Source: a virus
Taxonomy: Duplodnaviria; Caudoviricetes
Strand: one strand, 5' to 3'
DNA: 31,438 nucleotides
Virus record (IMG/VR): IMGVR_UViG_3300005805_000299
Coordinates: 1-31,438 of that record
The notes beneath the pieces were generated by a model. The model ran no database searches. It was given only the letters and a program-made list of their open reading frames with translations, and had not been told where the DNA came from. Of this stretch, positions 19,356 to 28,208 are shown piece by piece. Positions within the stretch are counted from its first letter, which is position 1, and the number at the start of each line of letters is the position of its first letter. Position numbers and translations under genes: made by a program.

Positions 19356-20684
19356 ATGGCCGACATAAAAATAATTACACCGACTGTAAAGCGCGTTCCT
19401 GCTCGTGCTAGAGGTCCTTTATCTTCTGAAGAGTATAACGACTTTCAGGATCAAGTCTATTTTGATATTACAAATATATCTGAATCGGTAAATACCTTAT
19501 ATACAAGTAATGCTAGATCAAATAGATCATTTGAGTCTGAAAATATAAATATAAAAAGAAGACTGGATGCCTTAGAAAATGCGCTCCATTACAAGGAATT
19601 TGTAAATGGCAAGACGCAAACTAATGTTGACCGGTATATTGATTTTCACGATGCCAGCAATGTTCTTTATCTTGATACGTTAGCTAATACCAAAAGGGCA
19701 GAGCTTAAATCTCAGTTTGGAGAAATATATCTTCCAGCTAATGGCGTAGACAATAAGTTTTTTAATTTTAGTTTACGTACTAATCAGATAGTAGCTCCTC
19801 CTGATTTTTCTGTTAATGTTACAGCTATTTTTGATAAAGCTGATGGCAATGGGATTAAGAACTATGAATATGGTGGCATTGTAGATCCTGGAATGCCAGA
19901 AAATGCTTTTAATGGTATCAATGAAAGCTATTGGCAAAGAGCTATAACATTCCCATTAGAGTCTACTGTTGAACAAGTTGAAATTGAAATAACAGCAATT
20001 GTTCCTGCTGGAATATCATCACAAGCAAATTTACTAGAACTTGTTCCTTTTCCAGAAGGTACAGTTGATGTTACTAGCATAGGAACGTCTCCTAACTTAT
20101 CTTCATCATTCACGGCTTTAGATAATTTTGCTGAAACTAATGATGTTGTAGCTACTAGGTACCATTTTAGTCCAAGAGAAGTAGAGCAAATTCGCATTAG
20201 ATTGCGTTGTAGACATTGGCGAGAAATCAATGGCAAAAAAGTGTTTCTTTATGGACTACAAGAAGTTGGTTTAAAGTTAGTTGACTATAACAAGGTAACA
20301 AGTAGTGATGTTGCTTTTGGTGACAGCATTACAGCAATAGTTAAAATACCTGCCCCAGAAGGCCATGTATTCAATAAACTGTTTAGAGTTGATCCAAAGC
20401 CAAATTTTTATCTTGAAGATGCTTCTAATAGGCATGTTCGCTTAAGATTGTCCTCTACGCCAGATTATCTTAATGTCAAATGGGATTCAGCTCAAAATGT
20501 GTTACCACAGCAGGGAATATCTACTGGGGTGTCACTTGGCAATGTTAGTATGCTTTATGCCATATACACACTTAAATTTGTTTCTAGTAGCGGCGGTTAT
20601 CAATCGCCATTCCCAGTAGGCACTACTCCAACTGTAAAAGGATTAGGACTTTTATTCTCTACAACACCTATTAATGGGTTATGA
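19356..20684 (+). CDS. Putative baseplate/tail protein, paralogue 4 (shortest)
   Basis: 442 aa. Motifs LSSEEYN..DITNI, coiled coil, FGEIYLP, NAFNGINESYW, LLELVPF, FLYGLQEV, TPTVKGL. GAGG RBS. Confidence 0.65.
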   Translation: MADIKIITPTVKRVPARARGPLSSEEYNDFQDQVYFDITNISESVNTLYTSNARSNRSFESENINIKRRLDALENALHYKEFVNGKTQTNVDRYIDFHDASNVLYLDTLANTKRAELKSQFGEIYLPANGVDNKFFNFSLRTNQIVAPPDFSVNVTAIFDKADGNGIKNYEYGGIVDPGMPENAFNGINESYWQRAITFPLESTVEQVEIEITAIVPAGISSQANLLELVPFPEGTVDVTSIGTSPNLSSSFTALDNFAETNDVVATRYHFSPREVEQIRIRLRCRHWREINGKKVFLYGLQEVGLKLVDYNKVTSSDVAFGDSITAIVKIPAPEGHVFNKLFRVDPKPNFYLEDASNRHVRLRLSSTPDYLNVKWDSAQNVLPQQGISTGVSLGNVSMLYAIYTLKFVSSSGGYQSPFPVGTTPTVKGLGLLFSTTPINGL

Positions 20685-21124
20685 CCGATTTATCAGGACG
20701 CGTACTAGATCTTGAAAAACAGATTCTAGCTTTGCCAACCTATGGGGATTGGCAAGTATTACAGGTTGAGTCAAGTTCAAGATTTAACGTTGTTGAAGGG
20801 AATGTTGCGGACTTGTATGTTAAGTTTAATGAACTTAACAATAAAATTACAAATCTTCAATTATATGGCAATACTGGCTTTACTGGTAATCATTGGCATG
20901 TAGGCAGTGAAGTTCCTTCAGGTAGTATTGATGGTGTCAATAAAGTGTTTGTTTTGGCACAGACCCCATATCCTACTACTTCCCTTGCATTATACAAAAA
21001 TGGACTATTGCAAAGGATTGGTGCCGGAAATGATTATACCTTATCTGGTAAAACTGTTACCTTTGAGACAGATTGCGAACCTGTCGTAGGTAGCAATATT
21101 TTAGCATATTATCAAATCTCGTAA
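20681..21124 (+). CDS. Short fibre/adaptor protein: coiled coil plus beta-sandwich module
   Basis: 147 aa. N-terminus shared with 22989-23744. C-terminal EVP.G.IDG.N..F.LA...LYKNG..Q....NDY module shared with 21147-21731. Confidence 0.7.
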   Translation: MTDLSGRVLDLEKQILALPTYGDWQVLQVESSSRFNVVEGNVADLYVKFNELNNKITNLQLYGNTGFTGNHWHVGSEVPSGSIDGVNKVFVLAQTPYPTTSLALYKNGLLQRIGAGNDYTLSGKTVTFETDCEPVVGSNILAYYQIS

Positions 21125-21146
21125 CCAAGACGACAGGAGTGGTTAA

Positions 21147-21731
21147 ATGGCTCAAACAAGAATAGTATCTCAAGATATCAAAGATGGCACAATAGTTAAC
21201 GTTGACATTAATGCTAATGCTGCAATTAGTGCATCAAAAATAGCTAGCGGTACCGTTGACGATACAGAGTTTGGTTTTCTTAATAATGTTGCTTCACAAG
21301 TAGTTGGTATTAGTGATTCTAATACACTTACCAATAAATTCATTACAGGTACTACCAACACAGTAGCTGCGCATTATATTAAAAATGCTGATGGCACCCA
21401 AATTTCTGTTACAGGTCTGCCAGCAAATGGTTACATACTTACTGCTAGCAGTTCAACACAGGCAAGCTGGGCGCCGGCCACTACTGCATTAGCAACTGGT
21501 AACTTTGTTTTTAATGAAGTCCCTGCTGGTGACATAGATGGCTTGAATGCTGCTTTCACTTTAGCAAATTCTGCCTCTCCTACAAGCAGCATTCAGCTTT
21601 ATAAAAACGGTATTCGCCAAAAACCAGGTAGTGGCAACGATTATGTAATTACTGATGCAACGACTGTAACATTTGAAGCTGGCAATATACCTCAAACTAA
21701 TGATAACCTTTTAGTAGATTATATTAAGTGA
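21147..21731 (+). CDS. Short tail-fibre-like protein
   Basis: 194 aa. AGGAG RBS. IKDGTIVNVDINANAAISASKI fibre-type repeat, TLTNK motif, same C-terminal module as 20681-21124. Confidence 0.7.
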   Translation: MAQTRIVSQDIKDGTIVNVDINANAAISASKIASGTVDDTEFGFLNNVASQVVGISDSNTLTNKFITGTTNTVAAHYIKNADGTQISVTGLPANGYILTASSSTQASWAPATTALATGNFVFNEVPAGDIDGLNAAFTLANSASPTSSIQLYKNGIRQKPGSGNDYVITDATTVTFEAGNIPQTNDNLLVDYIK

Positions 21732-21750
21732 TTATATAGGAGTTTATTGA

Positions 21751-22764
21751 TTGGGTCAGACACGGATTAATTCACAAGATCTTGGTGACAGTCAGGTTAC
21801 GTTGACTGACTTAGGAGCGCTTTCTACAACGGGAGCACTCATAAGTTACTCTAATGGAGCACATGTAGCCTTCCCAAGCGGCCAATCTGGCCGGGTACTT
21901 GTGTCTGATCCAAGCAATACAACTGGTCTTAATTGGTCTAGTACTCCAGCTTTAACTAGAATAAATGATCTTAGCGGTAATGCTATTTTAGATTTTGCTC
22001 CAACATTAAATGCTACAGAATATCTTAGAATTGGAAATACTACAAGTGGAGCAACTACATCTATATCTTTAGCTGTAGCAGGTACTGCTACAGATATAAA
22101 TATTAGGTTTGTACCAAAAGGTGCTGGCGATCTTCGTGTTGGAAGTGCTACAGTAGCTACTACTACTAATGCTATTACGTTAACAAATAAAACATTAACT
22201 ACTCCTAGTATAGCAAGTTTTGTTTCTGGTAATCATAATCATGAAGATTCTGCTGGTGGTGGCCAATTAGGAGTAGCTGCAATAAATGCAGGTGGAACTC
22301 CAAATAGTACAACCTTTTTGCGTGGAGATGGCCAATGGGCTACTCCATTAAAAGGAGTTTTAAGTATATGCTTTAAATCGGAAAATATTGCAGCATGGAC
22401 TAATATGCCTGCAGCGTTAACGTTTTTTGCAGGTAATCTTAGTTATATTGCTAAGGTAAATCTTGAGGGGTATTCGTCTGGCAGGCTTCTTGTAAATAGA
22501 GCTACTGTGGCAGGAGCAACTGACTCATCACTAATGGTTAGGTATAATAGAAACTATTCGACTACAGCAAGCACCTATAGCCCTTTAGGGCAAACTACTG
22601 ATATTATTGTTAATGTTCAAGCTGCATCAGCTTATGACGACTCAAATTGGCAAAGATTATCGTCAGACCCTAATACTGGAGATATTTATATTGGTTTATT
22701 TGGTATTTCTGGAGATGGTGCTTTAGATCCACAGTTTGGAAATATATATGCTCAATTTATTTAA
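21751..22764 (+). CDS. Tail fibre protein
   Basis: 337 aa. TTG start supported by AGGAG and by an N-terminus matching the upstream gene (M.QTRI.SQD). Fibre motifs TLTNKTLTTP and TFLRGDGQW. Directly followed by a fibre chaperone. Confidence 0.75.
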   Translation: MGQTRINSQDLGDSQVTLTDLGALSTTGALISYSNGAHVAFPSGQSGRVLVSDPSNTTGLNWSSTPALTRINDLSGNAILDFAPTLNATEYLRIGNTTSGATTSISLAVAGTATDINIRFVPKGAGDLRVGSATVATTTNAITLTNKTLTTPSIASFVSGNHNHEDSAGGGQLGVAAINAGGTPNSTTFLRGDGQWATPLKGVLSICFKSENIAAWTNMPAALTFFAGNLSYIAKVNLEGYSSGRLLVNRATVAGATDSSLMVRYNRNYSTTASTYSPLGQTTDIIVNVQAASAYDDSNWQRLSSDPNTGDIYIGLFGISGDGALDPQFGNIYAQFI

Positions 22765-22773
22765 GGAATAAAA

Positions 22774-22986
22774 ATGACTTATTCTCAGGAAGATATATCT
22801 ACACAATGGTATATGATTAGAGTTCAGCGTGATTATCGCTTATCTTTATCCGATTGGATAGGTTTATCTGATTGTCAGTTAAATGCAGATAAAAAAAATG
22901 AATGGATTATTTATCGTCAAGCATTGCGAGATATAACATCACAAGAAGATCCGTTTAACATTATTTGGCCTAATAAGCCAACTTAA
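22774..22986 (+). CDS. Tail fibre assembly chaperone (Phage_tail_APC-like)
   Basis: Classic pattern R..RD..L..SDW....D......W..YRQALRDI........WP.KP. AAGGA RBS. Confidence 0.92.
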   Translation: MTYSQEDISTQWYMIRVQRDYRLSLSDWIGLSDCQLNADKKNEWIIYRQALRDITSQEDPFNIIWPNKPT

Positions 22987-22988
22987 TT

Positions 22989-23744
22989 ATGACATTAAGT
23001 GAATTATCTGGTTTATATTCTGGTTTATCTGGAGATCTTCAAGATCTTGAAGATCGTGTATTAGACATAGAAGGCAAGATAGTTGCATTTCCAACTTCAG
23101 ATGATTTTGATACGTTATCAGCTTTAACTACGTCTAGGTTTAATACGCTTCAATCTAGTATTAACAGTTTAACTTCAAAACTTGCAACTCTTGAAGTTTA
23201 TGTTGTAAACCTTAAGTTATCACATACTTCATTAGAGCGAGCTTTTACTGGTCATACTGGCGTTTCCTTTACTGGAAACTTTGGATACTGGGGCTCTTTC
23301 TGGGACACTGGTACACAAACAAATGCTGGGGCTGACAGTGGCAATATAATGTTAATTAGGTCAACTGATCCAGAAAGCAATGGGATATCTATAGTTGACA
23401 ACAGTAAGATCACTTTCCAAAACTCTGGAGTATATAATATACAATTTTCTGCTCAGTTTGATAAAACAGACGCTGGAGATGATGCAACAGAAATATGGTT
23501 TGCAAAGAATGGCATACCACTGTCAGATAGCAATACTACTATAATGCTTCATGGGAACAATAGTAAGGAAGTAGCTGCCTGGAACTATATGTTGCCTTTA
23601 AACTCTGGTGATTACATACAAATAGTATGGCATAGTAATGATACAGATATGAGACTACTTTACCAAACATCTGGGACTAATCCTACAAGACCTGCTATAC
23701 CTTCTGTTATAGTAACTGCGCATCAAGTAAGATTTGAAGCATAG
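22989..23744 (+). CDS. Fibre protein: N-terminal coiled coil plus C1q/TNF-like trimeric head
   Basis: 251 aa. Heptad region followed by SKITF.NSGVYNIQFSAQF...IWF.KNG...LNSGDYIQI.W. Confidence 0.72.
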   Translation: MTLSELSGLYSGLSGDLQDLEDRVLDIEGKIVAFPTSDDFDTLSALTTSRFNTLQSSINSLTSKLATLEVYVVNLKLSHTSLERAFTGHTGVSFTGNFGYWGSFWDTGTQTNAGADSGNIMLIRSTDPESNGISIVDNSKITFQNSGVYNIQFSAQFDKTDAGDDATEIWFAKNGIPLSDSNTTIMLHGNNSKEVAAWNYMLPLNSGDYIQIVWHSNDTDMRLLYQTSGTNPTRPAIPSVIVTAHQVRFEA

Positions 23745-23746
23745 AT

Positions 23747-25966
23747 ATGGTTGTTTTGACTAGAACTTTTGTTATTACAAAAGGTGGTGGAGGCATTGAT
23801 GATGTCTCCATTTTTTTAGAGCGTGAACTTGGTAGAGATGCCTCTTTAGTAAGGTCTATAAGCGCTGCTAGTGTTAATAATATTTCTACATATTTAACTG
23901 TAGAGTATAATGATCGTCCAGACAGCCCAATAGAAATAACAAGTCCTATAAATGGTCTTGTTGTTTCTACTGTAACGCCACCATTACAGTATCTTGCTCA
24001 ATATAGTTATCCTATACAGGAAGCTTCTTTTACTAGTGGTAATGTAAGGTTTGCCAAGAATGGCATTACTACAGGAGCGCTTGTTCAAGTTGAAACTGGA
24101 ACAAATAGCCAGATAGTAGCAGTTAATTTAAGTGGATATTTAACTGGGGCTGGTTCCGGCCAGTCTGGATCTTATACTGTTTATTTTGATAGAGATATAT
24201 TAGATATAGATAATTCTTATCAAAAGAACAGCTCTTTATATGGCTTTAACATAACTAAAGAAGCAGCCCCATATATTGGCCTAGAAGAGTTTTACACAAA
24301 AGAAATTAAACGTGGAAGTATGCGTATGAAATACGCTATACTTGACACATCTGTTTTAGCATCAGTAAAGATCAAGACCATATTATCTAGCTTGCTTGCA
24401 GGAGGCGATCTATTAGCACAGGCAACTTGCCAGAAGGATAATCAAACAGAGGTCTTTGCTATAGTTCTTGACAAGCCAGAGCCTGTACCAGACTATGTAT
24501 ATCCTCGCGTAGGCACAATGAGTCAACAGCAGGTTGGGGTTGAAAAGGTTACTATAACTTATAGGCACCCGATAAGAACTGCTCAAATTGCTGATAATAA
24601 TTTATATAGTTTATTTTACGATTGGCAAGACAGAATAAATATACAAGATATTTATATTACGCCAATTGATGATAGAACTTTAGAGATTGATCTTCAGCAA
24701 TTAATGGCAGATGAGATGATATCATCTTATGATTTAAATTTAATCTGCTTACCTGGACTACATTCTTCAAATGAGGTTGGCGGTCTTGCTTCTACAAGAC
24801 CATATTTGTTGCCATATAAGCGGTTTATATCAGAGGTTGCGGTAGGAACAGGTATATCAGGTGTTACTGGTCCTCAAGGTCCTCAAGGTCCTGAAGGGCC
24901 TCAAGGCCCTGAAGGTCCACAGGGCCCTGCAGGTCCTCAAGGGCCTGCTGGAGGAGGTGGCACAGGAGTTTCAGGGGTCCCTCCATATATTGATCAAAGT
25001 ATACCTGCATGGAGCGGTGCTGATGGTTCATATATAAATGGCACTGCTACAAAATTGACTACAGCTGGAGCTATGACATTAGGCTCTACCCTTACTGTAT
25101 CCGGTAGTACAATCTTAGGGTCTACTATGACAGTATCTGGTACAGCTGGTATAACTGGTGCTACTACAATGGGTAGCACTTTAACAGTTGCAGGGACTAT
25201 TCTAACTTTAGGATCTGCTGGGACAGCAGGAGTCTATAAAATAGGTTCTGATGAAATTTTAAGAGTTTCTACTTCGGGAACTACTTTATTAAAATGCAAA
25301 AATTCTATAAACTTCCAGTCTGGTAGTACAAATCTGCTACATATGACTGGGACAAATGGATCTTTGTATCCAAGTGCTGGCAATTTGCCGTCATTAGGGA
25401 TTCCTAGTAATCCTTTTGGCGCGTTATATTCAAATGAAATAATCCACTCTGGTTTAAATCAGCCTTTAATTACATACAGTGATGCGTCTAATCCAACAGT
25501 ATCTGCCTTTGGCAATATAGTATATAGAACAGATAATTCAATTGAAGATTTGTTTTGCTATGATGCAAGCAGATCGAACTTTTTAAGCGCTGGCACATTT
25601 ACATTGACGGCTGGAAGTACAGGCGCCAATGATACAGAAGAATTCCTAAATTTTGGAAACGGATCTATAGCTTTTCAACAGGGCTTTGGTTATGCTTTAC
25701 CGTTTAGTGGAATTATTGTTGCTGCATTTGCTTCTGCAGAAGCTGCAGTTAATACAGATGTAGAATATAATTTATATGATTCTGACGGTGTTTCTGTAGC
25801 TGGCAATCCGATAGTACTTATCAACAATGGTGCCCAAGTTGGGCATTCGACAGAACTTAATATGATTTTGAGCGGTCTTCATCAGTATTCTATAAAGGTT
25901 GATGCTGATGGCGGTCAGATACTTAACAATAACATTACTTTATTTATTAAAAGGATTGCAAATTAA
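23747..25966 (+). CDS. Collagen-repeat tail fibre/appendage protein
   Basis: 739 aa. Probable Ig-like N-terminal domains, Gly-X-Y run, T.GST.TV.G repeats, C-terminal beta head. Confidence 0.75.
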   Translation: MVVLTRTFVITKGGGGIDDVSIFLERELGRDASLVRSISAASVNNISTYLTVEYNDRPDSPIEITSPINGLVVSTVTPPLQYLAQYSYPIQEASFTSGNVRFAKNGITTGALVQVETGTNSQIVAVNLSGYLTGAGSGQSGSYTVYFDRDILDIDNSYQKNSSLYGFNITKEAAPYIGLEEFYTKEIKRGSMRMKYAILDTSVLASVKIKTILSSLLAGGDLLAQATCQKDNQTEVFAIVLDKPEPVPDYVYPRVGTMSQQQVGVEKVTITYRHPIRTAQIADNNLYSLFYDWQDRINIQDIYITPIDDRTLEIDLQQLMADEMISSYDLNLICLPGLHSSNEVGGLASTRPYLLPYKRFISEVAVGTGISGVTGPQGPQGPEGPQGPEGPQGPAGPQGPAGGGGTGVSGVPPYIDQSIPAWSGADGSYINGTATKLTTAGAMTLGSTLTVSGSTILGSTMTVSGTAGITGATTMGSTLTVAGTILTLGSAGTAGVYKIGSDEILRVSTSGTTLLKCKNSINFQSGSTNLLHMTGTNGSLYPSAGNLPSLGIPSNPFGALYSNEIIHSGLNQPLITYSDASNPTVSAFGNIVYRTDNSIEDLFCYDASRSNFLSAGTFTLTAGSTGANDTEEFLNFGNGSIAFQQGFGYALPFSGIIVAAFASAEAAVNTDVEYNLYDSDGVSVAGNPIVLINNGAQVGHSTELNMILSGLHQYSIKVDADGGQILNNNITLFIKRIAN
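24851..24949 (+). repeat. Collagen-like Gly-X-Y coding repeat (11 triplets, 9 of them G-P-Q/E/A)
   Basis: 9-nt GGN CCN NNN periodicity at 24869-24949, preceded by GIS GVT. Confidence 0.95.
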
Positions 25967-26742
25967 TGGCTAAACCAAGGCCTACAGACGAAGAGCTGTA
26001 TAATATGCCATACCCAGATTTTGCGGTATGGTTTTTAGAATACAATAAAGTAATAATCAATAGATATATACAGCGTAGGCTTATACCTAACAGGTATGAG
26101 CCTTCTGACATTAAAGCATACATGGCAGAGCGTATAATAGATATATTAGAGAAGCGTTCTGCTAAGGGAAAGCCAATAGCAAACCCAAGAACCTACTTTG
26201 GAAGGCTTATAGACTTCTGGTGTATTGAATACCAGAGGATGCATGGCTACATATTTGGTATGCCTAAAAGGCCTCGTAATGCGTTAGCAGAGGAAGAGAT
26301 TTCAAAGTATGGATTTGTTTATTTTGAAACCGATGAGGCTTCAAAAGAAAACAACTATAATCAGAATCCTGAGCTGTCATACGTAGATGCTAACATCACT
26401 GCTAATCATGAGCACTTTGGCTTAATGGGCTATCAAACAAAGGGCGATGATCCTGGCGAAATTACAGAAGCCTGGGATTCAATGATGAAAATGGTCTTGC
26501 CAGAAGACCGAGACATTCTACATTGTCTATTTAGAATGGGAATGTCAATTCCAGAAGCAGGTCGCTATCTTGGTATAGCAGTATGCACTGCTTATGCAAG
26601 AAGAGATAGAGCCTTTATGACAATATCAGGCTATCTAATGTCTGGCGTTGACCTGAACCAGGAGACTTGGAAGATTTTAGAAGACACAAAAGATATAAAA
26701 TCTTCGTCTTCTGATATAAGCAGTCTATTTGAAGATATGTAG
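25966..26742 (+). CDS. Sigma-70 family (ECF-like) RNA polymerase sigma factor-like protein
   Basis: Region 2-like DIKAYMAERII...NPRTYFGRLIDFWCIEYQR and region 4-like LPEDRDILHCLFRMGMSIPEAGRYLGIAVCTAYARRDRA (HTH). Confidence 0.7.
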   Translation: MAKPRPTDEELYNMPYPDFAVWFLEYNKVIINRYIQRRLIPNRYEPSDIKAYMAERIIDILEKRSAKGKPIANPRTYFGRLIDFWCIEYQRMHGYIFGMPKRPRNALAEEEISKYGFVYFETDEASKENNYNQNPELSYVDANITANHEHFGLMGYQTKGDDPGEITEAWDSMMKMVLPEDRDILHCLFRMGMSIPEAGRYLGIAVCTAYARRDRAFMTISGYLMSGVDLNQETWKILEDTKDIKSSSSDISSLFEDM

Positions 26743-26746
26743 ACTA

Positions 26747-26986
26747 TCAATCATTGATTGAGTCTATTGATATTATCTCTTTATCTAAGAGATAATCTAC
26801 GGTATCCATCACTTCTTCTAGGGCTATATCTAATGCCTTGGCCATATCTTCTTCTGATACGCCAGGGTTATCGTTTATATACTTGAGTATTAGTAACTCT
26901 AGATCCGTAAGTCGCTCAATATGAGCATCGTCGTCATCGCCGTTAAGCTTGTCGTTACCAATATCGTCAAAATTGTTATATTTCAT
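26747..26986 (-). CDS. Very acidic winged helix-turn-helix protein
   Basis: LTDLELLILKYINDNPGVSEEDMAKALDIALEEVMDTVDYLLDKEII follows the MarR-type wHTH pattern. 23 D/E versus 6 K/R in 79 aa. Confidence 0.7.
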   Translation of the reverse strand: MKYNNFDDIGNDKLNGDDDDAHIERLTDLELLILKYINDNPGVSEEDMAKALDIALEEVMDTVDYLLDKEIISIDSIND

Positions 26987-26988
26987 GG

Positions 26989-27669
26989 TTATTTGAATAT
27001 CAGTTCTCTGATATCATCGATCTTTTGTAAAACCATCTGAGACCATTTTTCGAATTTTTGTGCATCTGCTGGTTTATTGATAAATTTATAGCTAAGAATT
27101 GAGTCTTCTTCTCTTACCTTGATCTCATAGTTGTCAACTAAGAGAGCATATACAATTCCGATGTGGACTTCTCCTACTGCAGGACCAGGCTTTGACTTAT
27201 CAGCAGTCTCATCAAATGGCGTATAAAGAATCCCGCAAAGCGTTAATCGGCTATCGACAAACTTAGGGTCCATGTCCAGTTCTTCACAGATCTCTCGCAC
27301 AGCGGCTTGCTGTACAGTATCCCAGCCAATGCCATAAATATTGTTCTTATGACCTAATCCTTTTGATCTATCTTCTGGGTTAATATGGCCACCTATGCCA
27401 ATAGAAAATCTATCTATTAAGCGCTTTTCTGATCCTCTTCTTTGATAAGAAAAGACTTTCTTATCTGGTGAAAAAATTAGAATGTATGGTATTATTTGTA
27501 GCGTAGTGCTATCTACTTCAGCCATCCATCTATCAACAAAAGCTGCTTTGCACATTACCTCGTCTATCCAAGCCTCCATAGTAGGATCTACAAAATGGAA
27601 ATAATTTCCATTGCTAAAGTGTATAGAGCTTTTATTTTGGATTACTAATACTTGTTCTTCTTTTTTCAT
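26989..27669 (-). CDS. NUDIX-family phosphoesterase (COG4112/YmaB-like)
   Basis: AE.D....QIIPY, Y.R...E.RL....SIGIGGHIN, Nudix box AVREICEEL, VG.VH.G, E.WS. Confidence 0.88.
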   Translation of the reverse strand: MKKEEQVLVIQNKSSIHFSNGNYFHFVDPTMEAWIDEVMCKAAFVDRWMAEVDSTTLQIIPYILIFSPDKKVFSYQRRGSEKRLIDRFSIGIGGHINPEDRSKGLGHKNNIYGIGWDTVQQAAVREICEELDMDPKFVDSRLTLCGILYTPFDETADKSKPGPAVGEVHIGIVYALLVDNYEIKVREEDSILSYKFINKPADAQKFEKWSQMVLQKIDDIRELIFK

Positions 27670-27741
27670 GTCTTATTATCGCTTTTAGAATGTATACTTT
27701 GGAAATATTTTTAGCGTTTGTAGGCCGGTTTCTTTTAAGGT

Positions 27742-28200
27742 TCAAAATTTTATTATAGATGGATAGTCTGTACAGATACCTAAAATATTAGGATTTTGCT
27801 TTACGGCTAGCTGCCAGTCAGGTCTACAATTAACTGTTATACCGCCTATTACGTAAGTTCCTGGATAACACCAAAGGATTCCTTTGCTAGTTAAAGTAAC
27901 CTTATCATTCTCATGCCAAAAATAGTTAAAATTAGCAAATGCACTGTTTCTATTTTTTAAAAATAATAAAGCTTCTATATTTTTACAATGGATCCAAAGA
28001 TGGTTTTGATAATCTGATAAAAATCTATAGGATATTTTATACTGTGGTATATCATGTCCTAAATATAGTTTATCTTTTAGTACCCAAAGATCTATCTCAA
28101 CATCAAATCCTTTTTTTATTGCTAATTTTATTTGGTTAGGAGTATTTTCTTTTTTAGAATCGGGCCCAGTTAGATTTCCTCTATGAGCAATAACAATCAT
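27742..28200 (-). CDS. Short PLC-like/glycerophosphodiester phosphodiesterase-fold protein
   Basis: IAHRGN..GP...EN, GFDVEID, LGHD, WIHCKN, GICTDY. Confidence 0.8.
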   Translation of the reverse strand: MIVIAHRGNLTGPDSKKENTPNQIKLAIKKGFDVEIDLWVLKDKLYLGHDIPQYKISYRFLSDYQNHLWIHCKNIEALLFLKNRNSAFANFNYFWHENDKVTLTSKGILWCYPGTYVIGGITVNCRPDWQLAVKQNPNILGICTDYPSIIKF

Positions 28201-28208
28201 GCTTAAAT

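Noticed and set aside
20909-21731. Duplicated C-terminal module as a diversity-generating retroelement TR/VR pair
   Set aside because: The DNA copies differ at many non-adenine and synonymous positions, both are coding, and no reverse transcriptase is present.
24869-24949. Short tandem repeat as CRISPR or a non-coding repeat
   Set aside because: 9-nt in-frame collagen codons with wobble variation and no spacers.
2596-25179. Short antisense or alternate-frame ORFs inside the structural genes (2596, 4964, 6119, 7612, 8136, 8616, 14649, 18962, 19928, 20907, 21170, 24994)
   Set aside because: Fully nested in long genes with coherent motifs and have no recognisable features; likely shadow ORFs.
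1-26742. Contractile injection system (eCIS/tailocin) or cellular S-layer locus instead of a phage
   Set aside because: No sheath, tube, VgrG or ATPase is recognisable here and the large proteins lack signal peptides. Small basic phage proteins and the dense layout favour a phage, though capsid and terminase lie outside the window.
27670-27741. Promoter or terminator in the 72-nt gap (and in the gap at 29532-29584)
   Set aside because: AT-rich with only weak -10-like words, no convincing -35 and no stable hairpin; not supportable by eye.
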